Positions 19,809 to 32,992 of a stretch of DNA of 64,000 bases are shown in pieces. The stretch spans positions 32,001 through 96,000 of the forward strand of contig CAWKAR010000045.1 of NCBI GenBank assembly GCA_963847625.1, read 5' to 3'. A program made the position numbers and the translations under genes. Below the pieces are notes generated by a model. The model saw nothing but the letters and a program-made list of their open reading frames with translations. It did not search any database and was not told where the DNA came from. Source of the DNA: a candidate division FCPU426 bacterium. GTDB lineage: Bacteria; Oederibacteriota; Muellerivitia; Muellerivitales; Muellerivitaceae. Positions within the stretch are counted from its first letter, which is position 1, and the number at the start of each line of letters is the position of its first letter.

Positions 19809-20513
19809 ATGGAATTTTCAGAATACAAAATATTGATCGTGGGCGTGGGAGGCCTTGGATGCCCGGCCGCGGCGGCCCTTGCGGAGGCTGGTGTAGGTAC
19901 CTTGGGCCTGATGGATCCCGATACTGTGGAGATTTCTAACTTGCACCGGCAGATTCTTTATTCTGACGCGGATATCGGCCGTTCCAAGATAGAGGCCGCC
20001 TTGGATTACCTGGGCCCGCTTCACCCGAATACCAAGCTTGTGGGCATTCCCGAAGCCTTGGGTGCCGGGAACGCAGAACGATATTTAAGCGAATACGATC
20101 TGATTGTGGATGGCCTGGACCGCCTGGAAAAGAAATTTTTTCTGAATGACTGGTGCGTGAAATTGATAAAACCCTTCGTGCACGCGGGGGTGGTGAGGTT
20201 CGAGGGCCAGGTGTTGGGGGTTTTGCCGGGACAAACGGCCTGTCTGCGGTGCCTTATCCCCAAAATACCCCCGCCGTTCGCGATGCTTACCTGCCAGGAG
20301 GCGGGAGTTCTCGGCGCCGTATCCCAAACCGTCGGTTATTTGCAAGCCCACGAGGCTTTCCGCTTGACCCAGGGGAAGCGAAATCCCAGGCTTTGGAAGA
20401 TCGACACCCTGAAGAGGGAGGTGCGTTCCATTGTCCCCCAAAGAAACCCGGAATGCTCCGCCTGCGGCCGGGGGAAAGCCCAGCCGGAACAAGTTCCGGG
20501 TTGTCCAACTTAG
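19809..20513 (+). CDS. HesA/MoeB/ThiF family adenylyltransferase
   Basis: GVGGLG, D.VEISNLHRQ, CLRC, TCQEAGVLG and CSAC motifs. Confidence 0.9.
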   Translation: MEFSEYKILIVGVGGLGCPAAAALAEAGVGTLGLMDPDTVEISNLHRQILYSDADIGRSKIEAALDYLGPLHPNTKLVGIPEALGAGNAERYLSEYDLIVDGLDRLEKKFFLNDWCVKLIKPFVHAGVVRFEGQVLGVLPGQTACLRCLIPKIPPPFAMLTCQEAGVLGAVSQTVGYLQAHEAFRLTQGKRNPRLWKIDTLKREVRSIVPQRNPECSACGRGKAQPEQVPGCPT

Positions 20514-21799
20514 TCCGGGTCTTTTTCCAATGACAATGCCAGGAAGCCCGCCAGCAGAAGGGTCAAGGCCAAGACGAGCATGCCGCTCTCGAAATGTTTG
20601 GTGGCTTCCCGCACGAACCCGATGATATTGGGCCCCACGAAGCCTCCGATATTTCCCACCGAGTTGATCAAGGCGATCCCTCCAGCGGCCGCCCGGCCGC
20701 TCAAGAAAACAGTGGGCAGGCTCCAGAAGGGCCCCAAAGTGCTCCAGATCCCGGTAGCCGTCAGGCAAAGTGTGAGGAAGGCCAGGAGGGGGTGGCTTTG
20801 CAGGAATAGGGCGCCCAGAAGGAGCCCAAGGCAGGCGCAAAAGGCGGAAGCGGCCACGTACCGCCGCCTTTCCCCCGACTTATCCGACCGGTAGGCGATC
20901 CAGACCATTCCCACCGCGGCGCAAAGGTAGGGAACAGCGGATAAAAGGGCGACGGTCGTGTTATCGAGGCCCGAGAAATTTTTCACGATCTGGGGCAGCC
21001 AGAAAGCCACCCCGTAAAAGCTGATGACGATGGAAAAATAAAGCAGACACAATACCCAGACCCGGGGATGCGTGAGGGCCTCCCCTAGTTTCAGGGGGTG
21101 CCGGTTTTGGAGTTCCTGTCGCTCCTGATCCATGGTTTTCTCAAGCCAATTCCTTTCCTGGGAAGACAGCCAGGATGCGTGTTCCGGCCGGTCCGTCAGG
21201 TAAAAATAAGTGACGAAGCCCAGGGCAAAGGAAGGAAGGCCCTCCAGAAGAAAAAGCCATTGCCAGCCCTGCAGGTTCCAGTAACCCCTAAAGCTCAAAA
21301 GTGCCGCCGAGAGGGGGCCGCCAACCACACCCGCCAGGGCCGTTGATGTGAGGAAAAGGGCGAAGGCCCTTGCCCTTTCCCGGGCCGGGATCCAGAAGGT
21401 GAGATAGTATAAGATTCCCGGGAAGAAACCCGCTTCGGCGGCGCCTAAAAGGAACCGAAGGGTGTAAAAACTCGCCGGGCTCCTCACCCACATCATGCAG
21501 CAGGAAAGCAGGCCCCAGGTCACCATGATGCGTGCGATCCAGATCCTGGCCCCGACCCGTTCTAAAACCAGGTTGCTTGGAATCTCGAACACCACGTACC
21601 CGATGAAAAAAACGCCCGCCCCGAAACCGTAAACCGCGTCGCTGAACCCGAGGTCAGCCTTCATGACCAGCGCCGCGTAACTGATGTTGAAGCGGTCCAA
21701 GTAATTCAAAATGTAACAGAGGAACAAATAGGGGATAATCCGCCGCTGAACTTTCAATGGGGTGTTTGACAGTATGTTTAAAGAACTTAGTTTTTTCAC
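20510..21799 (-). CDS. MFS transporter (ACS/tartrate-type)
   Basis: LDRFNIS, EIPSN, RFLLGAAEAGFFPG, GWQWLFLLEGLP and NSVGNIGGFVGP motifs. Confidence 0.92.
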   Translation of the reverse strand: MKKLSSLNILSNTPLKVQRRIIPYLFLCYILNYLDRFNISYAALVMKADLGFSDAVYGFGAGVFFIGYVVFEIPSNLVLERVGARIWIARIMVTWGLLSCCMMWVRSPASFYTLRFLLGAAEAGFFPGILYYLTFWIPARERARAFALFLTSTALAGVVGGPLSAALLSFRGYWNLQGWQWLFLLEGLPSFALGFVTYFYLTDRPEHASWLSSQERNWLEKTMDQERQELQNRHPLKLGEALTHPRVWVLCLLYFSIVISFYGVAFWLPQIVKNFSGLDNTTVALLSAVPYLCAAVGMVWIAYRSDKSGERRRYVAASAFCACLGLLLGALFLQSHPLLAFLTLCLTATGIWSTLGPFWSLPTVFLSGRAAAGGIALINSVGNIGGFVGPNIIGFVREATKHFESGMLVLALTLLLAGFLALSLEKDPD

Positions 21800-21889
21800 A
21801 AGTCGTTGAAACCTTTGACGGAAATCAGGATGACGCCTATCCTAACTAGACCCTTACCACGGCGGTAATACCGGAAGCATTGGAAAAAA

Positions 21890-23416
21890 ATGAAGCCTTT
21901 TCAACGGAAGAATTTATCATACGGTTTCCCAAGTCCTAAATACAATCCGGATAGGTTGTACCCTCTGTTTTGCTTTATTTTTGTTCTTGCGGGTTTGGCC
22001 CTGCTGTTAGCTGGATTTGTTCCTCTTTCCCAGCGCCTTTTTTGCCCTTTCCAGGTGAACCAAGGCGAGGCCATCAACGTGGAGTTTTCCCGGATTTTTT
22101 TAAGGGGGGGGGCTTTATATCATGACCCGAATATGAGCCCCTATATTAACACCACCTACCCGCCGCTTTTTCCGATCCTCCAGGGCTGGCTTTCGCTCTT
22201 GATACCCGGCACATGGTTGGCGGGAAGGCTGCTGGCTTTCGCAGGTTACCTGGGTTGCGCCTTGGCATTGTTGACTTGGGGATTGCGCCATTGGCCGGCA
22301 GGCCCTTCCATGGCTCTGGCGGTCTTATTCCTCCTTTCACCGACATGGGCAACGTGGGGAAGCATCGTCCGGGTAGATTGTTTCGTAACGGCGCTTGTTT
22401 TTACGGCGTTTCTTTTATTACGCCATACCGATCGTTTACAGCGCAAAAACCCAGGAAAAATTTATTGGTTTTTAACGGCCGGCTTCCTGACCGCCCTTGC
22501 TGTTTTAAGCAAACAAAACGCCGTACTGTTGGCACTTGCCTATGGTTTGACCTGCCTTTTCGAAAAAAGATGGAAGGATATGCTCCTATTCGGGACGGCT
22601 TTCGTGTGCCCGTCCCTAGTATCGGTGATTTTTCTTCAGCACCTCAGTCATGGTTTTTATTGGAAACAGACCGTCCTTTGGGTTCCCGAATACGGATTTC
22701 AGCCTAGCCTTCTGTCCTATTACATTAAAACTAGTTTCCTGCCGGAATGCGGTTGGTTGTTGGCCGGCGTTATCGTGACGGCTTTGTGGAAAAAGACGTC
22801 CCTGCTCAGTAAATGCCAGGTGCTTTTGACTTTACTTTTCGTTATGGGAATGGCTCGAAAAACCAGCGCGGAAAATTATTACTTGGATTTCATTCTTTAC
22901 GGGCTTTTCTTCCTCGGGGAAGGATGGTTTTCTCCGGAGAAGGCCTTTAACCAGAAAGTAGGGATGTTGCCTTTTATCCCGCAATCGAAATGGATCAATG
23001 CGGCTTTGAATTCAAAATTTATATTTTTAATTATTTTGGTATGGGGATTTTTTTCTTTCAGCTCCCGGCCTTGGCCTTGGCCGCCATCCCGAACTGATAT
23101 AGGCATGAAAATGCAGGCGCTTGGCTTATATCGGGCGAAAGGCGAGTATTTGGCCCTGGATTTGGACCTTCCGCTCCTCGCGGGGAAACGACTGTGGATC
23201 CAGCCTGCTGAATATACCGCCCTGGTGGAAAAAGGTTATTGGAGCCCCTCTTCGCTTATCCGGGATATCCGGGAGAAAAAGTTTGTGACGATCGAATTGT
23301 ATGATATCCCGCAGCAATACTTACTACCGGCGGATGTGGTTGAAGAAATAAACCGTTCCTACCGAGTGTTCTTGAGGGGTTTTGGACGAGAATGGTTTGC
23401 CCCCAAAAAAGATTAA
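21890..23416 (+). CDS. Polytopic membrane protein, GT-C (ArnT/GT39-like) glycosyltransferase
   Basis: More than 10 TM segments; acidic first loop (QGE), YPPLF, RVD and ..SKQ motifs. Confidence 0.6.
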   Translation: MKPFQRKNLSYGFPSPKYNPDRLYPLFCFIFVLAGLALLLAGFVPLSQRLFCPFQVNQGEAINVEFSRIFLRGGALYHDPNMSPYINTTYPPLFPILQGWLSLLIPGTWLAGRLLAFAGYLGCALALLTWGLRHWPAGPSMALAVLFLLSPTWATWGSIVRVDCFVTALVFTAFLLLRHTDRLQRKNPGKIYWFLTAGFLTALAVLSKQNAVLLALAYGLTCLFEKRWKDMLLFGTAFVCPSLVSVIFLQHLSHGFYWKQTVLWVPEYGFQPSLLSYYIKTSFLPECGWLLAGVIVTALWKKTSLLSKCQVLLTLLFVMGMARKTSAENYYLDFILYGLFFLGEGWFSPEKAFNQKVGMLPFIPQSKWINAALNSKFIFLIILVWGFFSFSSRPWPWPPSRTDIGMKMQALGLYRAKGEYLALDLDLPLLAGKRLWIQPAEYTALVEKGYWSPSSLIRDIREKKFVTIELYDIPQQYLLPADVVEEINRSYRVFLRGFGREWFAPKKD

Positions 23417-23648
23417 AAGCCTTTTCCGCACGGCAAGGGAAAGAACTTGGCCTGGGGCCTTCTTGTTTAGGTTTATTTTTTCATCCGACAGAAAAAAATA
23501 CATAAAAAAATACCGCGCACGAAAATAATGAGACTAGTTAATAAAAGAATTTTAATAACTTTAAAGCATGTTTTTGCGTTGGATTGATATAATCTTGGCT
23601 CCTTCTTCTTGCGGGAACCGTACTAAACAAAGGAGTTTTTGAAGAAAA

Positions 23649-26101
23649 ATGCCAACCGCTCTCGTTATCCACGGACATTTCTACCAGCCACCCCGGGAAA
23701 ACCCCTGGACGGGAGTTGTCGACGACCAACCCAACGCCAAACCCTTTCCCAATTGGAACGACCGGGTTTACTACGAATGCTACCGGCCTAACGCCTTCGC
23801 CCGGGTATTCGACTCCAAGTCGAACCGAATCGAAAGCATTGTCAATAGTTACGAGTCCCTCAGCTTTAATTTCGGCCCGACACTCCTTTCCTGGATGGAA
23901 AAAAACCATCCCCATACCTACCAGCGCATCCTGGAGGCGGACCGCAACAGCCTCAAACGCAACGGGGGGCACGGTAACGCCATCGCGCAGGCCTATAACC
24001 ATCCCATCCTGCCCCTTTGCAACGAGGCCGACCGGGTAACCCAGGTGAAATGGGGTATCGCCGACTTCAAGTTCCGGTTCCACCGGGATCCTGAATCCTT
24101 GTGGCTGCCGGAGACCGCCTGCGACGACGCCACCCTTTCAGTGTTGATCGATCACGGGCTCAAATACGCCATCCTTTCCCCGGAGCAGGCCCAAAGGATC
24201 CGGCCGCTGTCGGGGGGGAGTGGCGCGACGTGTCCCGCAACGGCATCGATCCCGGCGTGGCCTACCGTTACTTCCACCGGGATGGATCAAAACGCTACAT
24301 CGACCTTTTCTTTTATGACCCGGGAATCTCGCGCGGGATCGCTTTCGAAGGCGCCCTCGTCACCAGCCAGGCACTCGTGGACCGTATCGCCCGGACGGTC
24401 AAAGGAGAGGGACGAATCGTTCACGCCGCCACCGACGGGGAATCCTACGGACACCATACCAAGTTCGGGGACTTGAGCCTGGCCTACGCCCTCAAGGTGG
24501 AAGCGGCCAACCGGGACTATTGGGTCACCAATTACGGGGCTTATCTGGAAAAATATCCCCCGGCCCAGGAAGTGGAGATCAAGAAGGGGGAGGATGGGCT
24601 GGGTACCTCCTGGAGTTGCGCCCACGGCGTGGGACGATGGTTCCGCGATTGCGGGTGCCAAACCGGGGGTCAGGAAGGCTGGAACCAGGCCTGGAGAGGT
24701 CCCTTGCGAAAAGCGTTCGACTATATCCGGGACCAGGGGGCACGGTTTTTCGAGGAGGAACGCGGAAAGCTATTCCAGGATCCCTGGGCGGTCCGCAACG
24801 ATTACATTCAATTGGTCCTGGACCCCTTGGCTTCCCGGGAAAGTTTCCTGGAAACCCACGCGGGACGGGGGCTTTCGTCCACGGACCAGATGAGGGCCTT
24901 GGCGCACCTGGAAATCCAAAGGAACGCCATGCTGATGTACACCAGCTGCGGCTGGTTCTTCTCGGAGATATCGGGAATCGAGGGCATCCAAGTCATGAAA
25001 TACGCTACCCGGATATTCGACCTGATGAGGATTCTGGGCCTGCCCGCGCCCGAGAACGAGTTCCTGAGGATCCTGGGGGAAGCCAAAAGCAATTTTCCCG
25101 AATTCGGCAACGGCGCGGATGTTTACCGCCGGTTCGCCGAGCCCAGCCGGGTCACCCCCCAAGGCGTGGTGGCCCATTTGGCGCTTTCCTCCCTGGTCAG
25201 TTCCGTGCCGGAAGAGGGCGAGGCAGGGGGTTACTTCTACGAGATGACGGATCCGGTGCGGGAACAGCGCGGGCGTTACACCCTCATGGCGGGCCAGGTC
25301 CACCTCAAGGAAGCCAAGGTCACCCAACAGTTCGCCTACGCCTTTGCGGGGATTCACCTGGGAGGCATCGATTTCTACGGCGCGATCCGGCCCTTCCTCC
25401 CGCCCGTGACTTTCCAGAAATCCTCCCGAAAACTGGTGGAAGCGTTTAACATTCTGTCCCTCCCGAAGCTCTTGCGGCTCCTTCAGGAGGAGTTCGGACC
25501 TGAGGAGTTCGGGGTGGAACAAATCCTACCTGAGGCGCGCCGGAAAGTCTTCCAGGAAGTTTTTGGAAGCCTGGTGGACCGCTTTTCCGAGCAGTACGTG
25601 CGGTTGTACGAGGAAAATCGCCGCAACCTGGAGATGCTCCAGTCCGTCGGGTTCGAGCTCCCCAAGGAAATCCAAGCCGCCGCCGAATTCACCTTCGGCA
25701 AGTTGTTCGAGGAGGAAATCCAGAAAAGGGAATGGTTCAAGGACCCGGAAGCCTACCAGAACCTCATCGAGCTGGCGGACGAGGTCACGCAACACGGCTA
25801 CCGCATCGACCGTTTCGTGCCGCAACACACCTTTCGCAATCTCCTGACGGAGATCGTGGACAACGCCGTGGCCGAGCCCAGTGAGGACAACGTGAAGGCG
25901 GCCGTCGCGGTGGTCCGGATCACGAAGAAACTGGGCCTGGACTATAATCTTTACCTGGCCCAAGAGGCTGTTTTCGAGTCGGCGGAAAAGTCCCGAGACT
26001 TTGAGAAGCTCATGGAGTTGTCGGACCTTTTGAACCTTCGAACCGACCTGCTTATGGAGAAAAACGCGGGAATCAAAGAGACTCTGCGGCCCACGGCTTA
26101 A
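23649..26101 (+). pseudogene. GH57/DUF3536 glycoside hydrolase, split by a 1-nt frameshift in a G7 tract (24212-24218)
   Basis: HGHFYQPPRENPW, WLPETA, ATDGESYGHH, SWSCAHGVGRW and MYTSCGWFF are spread over two frames that join at the G-run. Confidence 0.85.
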
Positions 26102-26118
26102 AGAGAAAGAGGGAAAAA

Positions 26119-28338
26119 TTGCCGCCACGAAAAAAGAAAATCCAAATCGAACCCAAACCTTCCCGGGTTTCAAGCCTCGACCTGGCGAGGTTGCTGAACC
26201 TTTCCCACCGGGATCCCCACTCCATCCTGGGAATCCATCCGGACCCGGATGGCGTATTCATCCGTGTTTTCCGGCCCGAGGCCCTATCCATTACGGTCCT
26301 GGCGGGCAAGCGGGAAATACCACTCCAACCCATCGGCACCAAAGGCCTCTTCGAGACGTTGCTTCCCGGGGAGAAGGAATTCCCCCCCTATCGCGTGAGG
26401 GTGGAATACGCCGGCGGAAAGGCTTTCGAGTATTGGGACCCCTACGCCTTCTGGCCCACCCTGGGGGAATTGGACCTTTTCCTGCTGGGCGAGGGTAAAC
26501 ACGAAAGGCTTTACCAAAAGATGGGGGCCCACCCCATGCGCTGGCAGGATGTCGAGGGCGTTTCCTTCGCGGTTTGGGCTCCGGGCGGAAAAAGCGTGAG
26601 CGTGGTGGGGGATTTCAACGGTTGGGACGGCCGGTTGCACATGATGCGGTGCCTGGGTGTCTCTGGCATCTGGGAAATCTTCATCCCGGAACTGCCGGCC
26701 GGCACCATGTACAAGTACGAAATCCGGACCCCTTCCGGGATCATCCGCATGAAAGCCGATCCCTTTGCCTTCGCCACCGAGGTTCCGCCCAAGACCGCTT
26801 CCGTGGTGCACCGATCCTCTTACAAATTCAACGACGGGGAATGGATGGAGAGGCGGCAGAAAGCCGACGCCCTCCGGGAACCCCTGTCCATCTACGAGTT
26901 ACACCTGGAATCCTGGCGCAAGGTTCCGGAGGAGGGCAACCGGTCCCTGACCTACCGCGAGATGGCCTGCCAATTGGCCGATTACGTCAAGGAAATGGGA
27001 TTCACCCACGTGCAACTCATGCCCGTCATGGAGCACCCTTTTGGCGGATCCTGGGGCTACCAGGTTTCCTCCTATTTCGCGCCCACCTCGCGGTTCGGGG
27101 ACCCGGACGACTTCAAGTTCTTGGTGGACCACCTGCACCAAAACGGTATCGGGGTCCTCTTGGACTGGGTCCCGGCTCATTTCCCCAAGGACGATTTCTC
27201 CCTGGGCCGGTTCGATGGCACGGCCCTTTACGAGCATATCGATCCCCGGCAGGGGGAGCATCCGGATTGGGGCACCTACGTCTTCAACTTCGGCCGCAAC
27301 GAAGTGCGCAACTTCCTGCTCTCCAGCGCCCTCTTCTGGCTTTCCGAGTACCACGTGGACGGCTTGAGGCTGGACGCAGTGGCCTCCATGCTCTACCTGG
27401 ACTACAGCCGCCAGGAAGGGGAGTGGGTGCCAAACCAGTACGGCGGGAACGAGAACCTGGAAGCCATCTCGTTTCTCAAGCGCCTCAACGAGCTGGCCTA
27501 TGCCCAACACCCCGGGGTGATGATGATCGCCGAGGAATCCACGGCCTTCACGGGGGTGAGCAAGCCAACCTATACGGGCGGCCTGGGGTTCGGGTTCAAA
27601 TGGAACATGGGATGGATGCACGACACTCTTTACTACTTCAGCCGGGACCCCATCTACCGGCGCTTCGACCACAACAACCTCACTTTCGGCTTTCTCTACG
27701 CTTGGAGCGAGAACTTCATCCTGCCCTTGTCCCACGACGAGGTGGTGCACGGTAAGTGTTCCCTCATCGACAAGATGCCTGGGGATCGCTGGCAGAAGTT
27801 CGCGGGGCTTCGGTCGCTTTTCGGATATATGTGGGCGCATCCGGGCAAAAAACTCCTGTTCATGGGGGGGGAGTTCGCGCAATTTTATGAGTGGAACCAT
27901 GAGAAAAGCCTGGATTGGCACTTGACCCAGTGGGCGGACCATTGGCGCATGCAGGACTACATGAAGGACTTAAACCGGATTTATAAGGAAAATCCAGCCC
28001 TTTGGGAGGCGGATGTGGACCCCGCCGGGTTCCAGTGGGTGGACGTACACAACGCCAGCGAGAATGTCGTGGCATTCCTTAGGAAATCTCACAAAACCGG
28101 TAGGCAGATCCTCTGTATCGGAAATTTCTCGCCCGTTATCCGCTACAGCTACCGGGTAGGCCTTCCAAAGTGGGGATATTACAAAGAAATCATGAATTCG
28201 GATTCCAAACTCTACGGCGGTAGCAATTTCGGGAACGGGGGAGGGGTCCATTCCGAGGCCATTCCCCATCACGGCCTGCCGCATTCGGCCATCGTAGCCC
28301 TTCCGCCGTTATCCACCGTGTGGTTCGAGGCTCCCTGA
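26119..28338 (+). CDS. glgB: 1,4-alpha-glucan branching enzyme
   Basis: [28 protein letters not shown] and [10 protein letters not shown] motifs. Confidence 0.97.
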   Translation: MPPRKKKIQIEPKPSRVSSLDLARLLNLSHRDPHSILGIHPDPDGVFIRVFRPEALSITVLAGKREIPLQPIGTKGLFETLLPGEKEFPPYRVRVEYAGGKAFEYWDPYAFWPTLGELDLFLLGEGKHERLYQKMGAHPMRWQDVEGVSFAVWAPGGKSVSVVGDFNGWDGRLHMMRCLGVSGIWEIFIPELPAGTMYKYEIRTPSGIIRMKADPFAFATEVPPKTASVVHRSSYKFNDGEWMERRQKADALREPLSIYELHLESWRKVPEEGNRSLTYREMACQLADYVKEMGFTHVQLMPVMEHPFGGSWGYQVSSYFAPTSRFGDPDDFKFLVDHLHQNGIGVLLDWVPAHFPKDDFSLGRFDGTALYEHIDPRQGEHPDWGTYVFNFGRNEVRNFLLSSALFWLSEYHVDGLRLDAVASMLYLDYSRQEGEWVPNQYGGNENLEAISFLKRLNELAYAQHPGVMMIAEESTAFTGVSKPTYTGGLGFGFKWNMGWMHDTLYYFSRDPIYRRFDHNNLTFGFLYAWSENFILPLSHDEVVHGKCSLIDKMPGDRWQKFAGLRSLFGYMWAHPGKKLLFMGGEFAQFYEWNHEKSLDWHLTQWADHWRMQDYMKDLNRIYKENPALWEADVDPAGFQWVDVHNASENVVAFLRKSHKTGRQILCIGNFSPVIRYSYRVGLPKWGYYKEIMNSDSKLYGGSNFGNGGGVHSEAIPHHGLPHSAIVALPPLSTVWFEAP

Positions 28339-28637
28339 GTAAAGGGTTGAGTTTTCCTTCAGAACACGTTGGGAATCCGCCAAAGTTCTGTTTTGGTCTT
28401 TTGATATGACTGTTGACTAAAGATCTGAACAACAAAAAAGTTACAGAACGTTGGATTTCTTGACCATTCCTTGCATCGACTGAAAGCAAAATCTGTTAAA
28501 TATATTTTTATTCCCAGAAAATTCATTGAAAAATTTGGATATTTTGTAAAATCGCGGTAATGTTTCTATGTAATCTCATTCGAGATTATTTAATCTTTAA
28601 TAAGCAATACTGAAATCATTTCAAGGTTTAATGAAAA

Positions 28638-31600
28638 ATGAAACCGGTTGAACTCAATAAAAAATTTGGATTATTGAAAACGCTTTTTCAATTTAATTTC
28701 CGTTTCCGCTATGGATTTTTGTCCCTCCTGGTGGTTTCGTTTTGGCTGAATAACGTAACCTATTCATCCGCGCAGGTCATCCATACCGCGTCCACTTCCG
28801 CGATCGCGATCCCGACCTTGATAGCGACACCCCAGTTTTGCCCCAGCGACACTCAACAGATCTATCAGGAGAACCAGCCGACCTATTACACCCAACCGAC
28901 TCTAACCGCTTGCGGTTACCCCGTCGGCACTTACGATCCAAACTACTATGCGGCGATTGATAGTTATGATTTCGGGGACACATCTGCATCAGGAGGATCT
29001 GGCGGCGGCAAGGGAGGGGTTGTTTGCGGAGCCTGCGCGGCCTTGACGAACACCGCCAATGCCAGGGCATGTACTGTCATGATCGTTGATGAATGCCCGC
29101 AGGGAGGAAACAACGCTAATAACTGCTGGAATGGGTCTTACCACTTGGATATTTCCTCGACGGCATACAACTATTTGTCAAATAACGCAAGTTTCCCGAG
29201 CAACACTGATCAGACTGGCCGGGACAGCTCGACGGTTGAGTGGTGGTTTGTCCAATGCCCCTTAACCGGTCAGGGCGCCGTTACCTTTGACAACACGACA
29301 GGCAACATTGCTTATGAATGGGCCAACAGCGCATCCAGCGGCTGGAATCCTCTTATGTTTTTGGATACACTTATTCCAATTAAATCCGTGGCTTATGGCT
29401 CCAGTTCATCCGGGCCGTTCACTTCCATAAGCCGGGATACCGGCAGCAGTCTCCCAAATTTTTGGTACGGTAGCAGTGCCTTCTCGGGGACCGAATACTT
29501 CCAAATCACAAGCTGGGAATCGACTACCCCCGTCACGATCGGTGTGAACGCCAGTAGTTATACCCCGAGTGAAGCGGCGCCTCCGGGAAACCCATCCACT
29601 AGCGGACAGATGCTGGGTTGCAACGCAACACCGGTGGCCACCAACACATTCACCATTACCTACACGCCCACCATTACCTATACGTATACCTATACACGCA
29701 CCTTTACTTATACTTATACCTATACGTCAACCCCGACGTCCACGAGGTCGAATACACCGACCAATTCTCCCACCGTTTCGCCCACATCTACCGCTACACC
29801 CACAAAAACGAATTCGCCGACCGGCACGTCCACCAGTACGGTGACCAATACCCATACCAGCACCGCGACTAGGACCAATACGCAAACGAATACGGTTACC
29901 TCTACCGCCACTCCCACCTCAACCACCACAAGGACGAATACCCTGACCAATACGCCAACGAATACGGTTAGCGCTACTCCCACACGGACGAATTCACCCA
30001 CCAATACAATTACGATTACGCCGACGAATACCCAGACGAATACGGCCACGAATACAGCGACTACTTCACCCACCGCAACGAGGACAAATACGCCTACCAC
30101 TTCGCCTACGAATACGGCGACAACTTCAGCGACCCCCACTCGAACGAATTCGCCCACCAATACTGCCACGATTACGCCGACGAATACTTTGACTAATACC
30201 CCTATAAATACGGTGACATCCACGTCAACCGCAACAAGGACGAATACTTTGACCAATACCCCTGTAAATACGGCGACGTCCACGTCAACCGCAACAAGGA
30301 CAAATACGGCGACCAATACGTTTACGGCCACGCCGACGAATACTTTGACTAATACCCCTGTAAATACGGCGACGTCCACGTCAACTACAACAAGGACGAA
30401 TACGGCGACCAATACGTTTACGGCCACGCCGACGAATACTTTGACCAATACACCCGTAAATACGGGGACGTCCACGTCAACCGCAACAAGGACGAATACA
30501 GCGACCAATACCCCTGTAAATACGGCGACGTCCACGTCAACCGCAACAAGGACAAATACGGCGACCAATACGTTTACGGCCACGCCGACGAATACTTTGA
30601 CTAATACCCCTGTAAATACGGCGACGTCCACGTCAACTACAACAAGGACGAATACGGCGACCAATACGTTTACGGCCACGCCGACGAATACTTTGACTAA
30701 TACCCCTGTAAATACGGCGACGTCCACGTCAACTACAACAAGGACGAATACGCCGACAGTGACTTCTACGGCAACCAATACCAACACGGGAACCACTTCA
30801 CCTACGCCGACTTTCACGATCACCTCAACAAGTACGCAAACTCCAACATCGACAAGGACGAACACATCCACCAATACGCCCACGAATACGGCTACATCCA
30901 CGCTTACCCCGACAAGAACGAACACGCTGACCAACACGCCGACAGTTACGCTCACCTACACCCCGACGATGACGCCAACGGCAACCGATACCACTACGGG
31001 AACCACTTCACCCACGCCGACTTTCACGATCACCTCAACAAGTACGCAAACTCCAACATCGACAAGGACGAACACATCCACCAATACGCCCACGAATACG
31101 GCTACATCCACGCTTACCCCGACAAGAACGAACACGCTGACCAACACGCCGACAGTTACGCCCACCTACACCCCGACGATGACGCCAACGGCAACCGATA
31201 CCACCACGGGAACCACTTCGCCCACGCCGACTTTCACGATCACCTCAACCAGTACGCAAACTCCAACATCGACAAGGACGAACACATCCACCAATACGCC
31301 CACGAATACGGCTACATCCACGCTTACCCCGACAAGGACGAACACTCTGACCAACACGCCGACGGCGACGATCACTCATACCCCGACGATGACGCCAACG
31401 GCAACCGATACCACTACGGGAACCACTTCGCCCACGCCGACTTATACGATCACCTCAACCAGTACGCAAACTCCAACATCGACAAGGACGAACACATCCA
31501 CTAATACGCCCACAAATACGGCTACATCCACGCTTACCCCGACAAGAACGAACACTCTGACCAACACGCCGACGGCGACGATCACTCATACCCCGACGAT

Positions 31601-32966
31601 GACGCCAACGGCAACCGATACCACCACGGGAACCACTTCGCCCACGCCGACTTTCACGATCACCTCAACCAGTACGCAAACTCCAACATCGACAAGGACG
31701 AACACATCCACCAATACGCCCACGAATACGGCTACATCCACGCTTACCCCGACAAGGACGAACACTCTGACCAACACGCCGACGGCGACGATCACTCATA
31801 CCCCGACGATGACGCCAACGGCAACCGATACCACTACGGGAACCACTTCACCCACGCCGACTTTCACGATCACCTCAACAAGTACGCAAACTCCAACATC
31901 GACAAGGACGAACACATCCACCAATACGCCCACGAATACGGCTACATCCACGCTTACCCCGACAAGGACGAACACTCTGACCAACACACCGACGGCGACG
32001 CTCACTCATACCCCGACGGTGACGCCAACGGCAACCGATACCACTACGGGAACCACTTCACCCACGCCGACTTTCACGATCACCTCAACAAGTACGCAAA
32101 CTCCAACATCGACAAGGACGAACACATCCACCAATACGCCCACGAATACGGCTACATCCACGCTTACCCCGACAAGGACGAACACTCTGACCAACACACC
32201 GACGGCGACGCTCACTCATACCCCGACGGTGACGCCAACGGCAACCGATACCACTACGGGAACCACTTCGCCCACGCCGACCTATACAATCACCTCAACC
32301 AGTACGCAAACTCCAACATCGACAAGGACGAACACATCCACTAATACGCCCACAAATACGGCTACATCCACGCTTACCCCGACAAGAACGAACACGCTGA
32401 CCAACACACCGACGGCGACGATCACTCATACCCCGACGGTGACGCTAACGGCAACCGATACCACTACGGGAACCACTTCGCCCACGCCGACTTTCACGAT
32501 CACCTTAACTGCTACTCAAACTCCCACACTTACGATATCTTCCACGTCGACTCCAACGTCCACGTTGGGGCTTCCGACACCCACGGTTACTAACACCCCG
32601 CTTAATACGTATACCTCGACGCCAACTTCAACCCCGACTTCCACACCTCCGTCCTATATGACCGTGACTACGACACTGACCCCGGTCACGAACACCGCCC
32701 TGCGCGTGTATCCCAATCCCGCGGATGGCACGGAACCGGTCACTATCAGGCTTCCGTATTATTCGGGGCTTTCGGATGTCAAAATTCAAATCTTCACCAT
32801 TGCATTCCGGAAAGTTCAGGAAAAAGTTTATCCCTCTCAGGTCTGGGGGCTCATCCCCATCCAACTCGTGGATATTTGGAACAAACCCCTGGCGAGCGGC
32901 CTTTATTATGTTGTGGTCATAACGAATGAAGGCCGAAGTGTGGCGAAGTTGCTGATCATTCGGTAA
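28638..32966 (+). CDS. Secreted expansin-like (DPBB + CBM63-like) protein with about 1000-aa Thr/Pro-rich stalk and T9SS-like C-terminal domain
   Basis: [31 protein letters not shown] expansin-type pattern; repeat stalk; YPNP...LASGLYY...KLLIIR tail. Confidence 0.75.
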   Translation: MKPVELNKKFGLLKTLFQFNFRFRYGFLSLLVVSFWLNNVTYSSAQVIHTASTSAIAIPTLIATPQFCPSDTQQIYQENQPTYYTQPTLTACGYPVGTYDPNYYAAIDSYDFGDTSASGGSGGGKGGVVCGACAALTNTANARACTVMIVDECPQGGNNANNCWNGSYHLDISSTAYNYLSNNASFPSNTDQTGRDSSTVEWWFVQCPLTGQGAVTFDNTTGNIAYEWANSASSGWNPLMFLDTLIPIKSVAYGSSSSGPFTSISRDTGSSLPNFWYGSSAFSGTEYFQITSWESTTPVTIGVNASSYTPSEAAPPGNPSTSGQMLGCNATPVATNTFTITYTPTITYTYTYTRTFTYTYTYTSTPTSTRSNTPTNSPTVSPTSTATPTKTNSPTGTSTSTVTNTHTSTATRTNTQTNTVTSTATPTSTTTRTNTLTNTPTNTVSATPTRTNSPTNTITITPTNTQTNTATNTATTSPTATRTNTPTTSPTNTATTSATPTRTNSPTNTATITPTNTLTNTPINTVTSTSTATRTNTLTNTPVNTATSTSTATRTNTATNTFTATPTNTLTNTPVNTATSTSTTTRTNTATNTFTATPTNTLTNTPVNTGTSTSTATRTNTATNTPVNTATSTSTATRTNTATNTFTATPTNTLTNTPVNTATSTSTTTRTNTATNTFTATPTNTLTNTPVNTATSTSTTTRTNTPTVTSTATNTNTGTTSPTPTFTITSTSTQTPTSTRTNTSTNTPTNTATSTLTPTRTNTLTNTPTVTLTYTPTMTPTATDTTTGTTSPTPTFTITSTSTQTPTSTRTNTSTNTPTNTATSTLTPTRTNTLTNTPTVTPTYTPTMTPTATDTTTGTTSPTPTFTITSTSTQTPTSTRTNTSTNTPTNTATSTLTPTRTNTLTNTPTATITHTPTMTPTATDTTTGTTSPTPTYTITSTSTQTPTSTRTNTSTNTPTNTATSTLTPTRTNTLTNTPTATITHTPTMTPTATDTTTGTTSPTPTFTITSTSTQTPTSTRTNTSTNTPTNTATSTLTPTRTNTLTNTPTATITHTPTMTPTATDTTTGTTSPTPTFTITSTSTQTPTSTRTNTSTNTPTNTATSTLTPTRTNTLTNTPTATLTHTPTVTPTATDTTTGTTSPTPTFTITSTSTQTPTSTRTNTSTNTPTNTATSTLTPTRTNTLTNTPTATLTHTPTVTPTATDTTTGTTSPTPTYTITSTSTQTPTSTRTNTSTNTPTNTATSTLTPTRTNTLTNTPTATITHTPTVTLTATDTTTGTTSPTPTFTITLTATQTPTLTISSTSTPTSTLGLPTPTVTNTPLNTYTSTPTSTPTSTPPSYMTVTTTLTPVTNTALRVYPNPADGTEPVTIRLPYYSGLSDVKIQIFTIAFRKVQEKVYPSQVWGLIPIQLVDIWNKPLASGLYYVVVITNEGRSVAKLLIIR
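30180..30752 (+). repeat. Coding tandem repeats of 96 bp and 60 bp ([18 protein letters not shown]...)
   Basis: AC(C/T)AATACCCCTGTAAATACGG recurs at 96-bp spacing (e.g. 30252, 30348). Confidence 0.85.
30781..32504 (+). repeat. Coding tandem repeat, 8 full units of 210 bp (70 aa) plus a partial unit
   Basis: CCAxxACGGGAACCACTTC starts at 30781, 30991, 31201, 31411, 31621, 31831, 32041, 32251 and 32461. Confidence 0.95.
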
Positions 32967-32992
32967 TTCCCCCCAAAACCCATATTCATCCT

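Noticed and set aside
24520..27942. Long alternative-frame ORFs over GH57 and glgB (309, 393 and 347 aa)
   Set aside because: Stop-poor shadow frames of high-GC genes with Arg/Gly/Pro-biased composition.
29720..32215. Val-rich minus-strand ORFs
   Set aside because: Reverse complement of Thr (ACN) repeats in the expansin-like gene.
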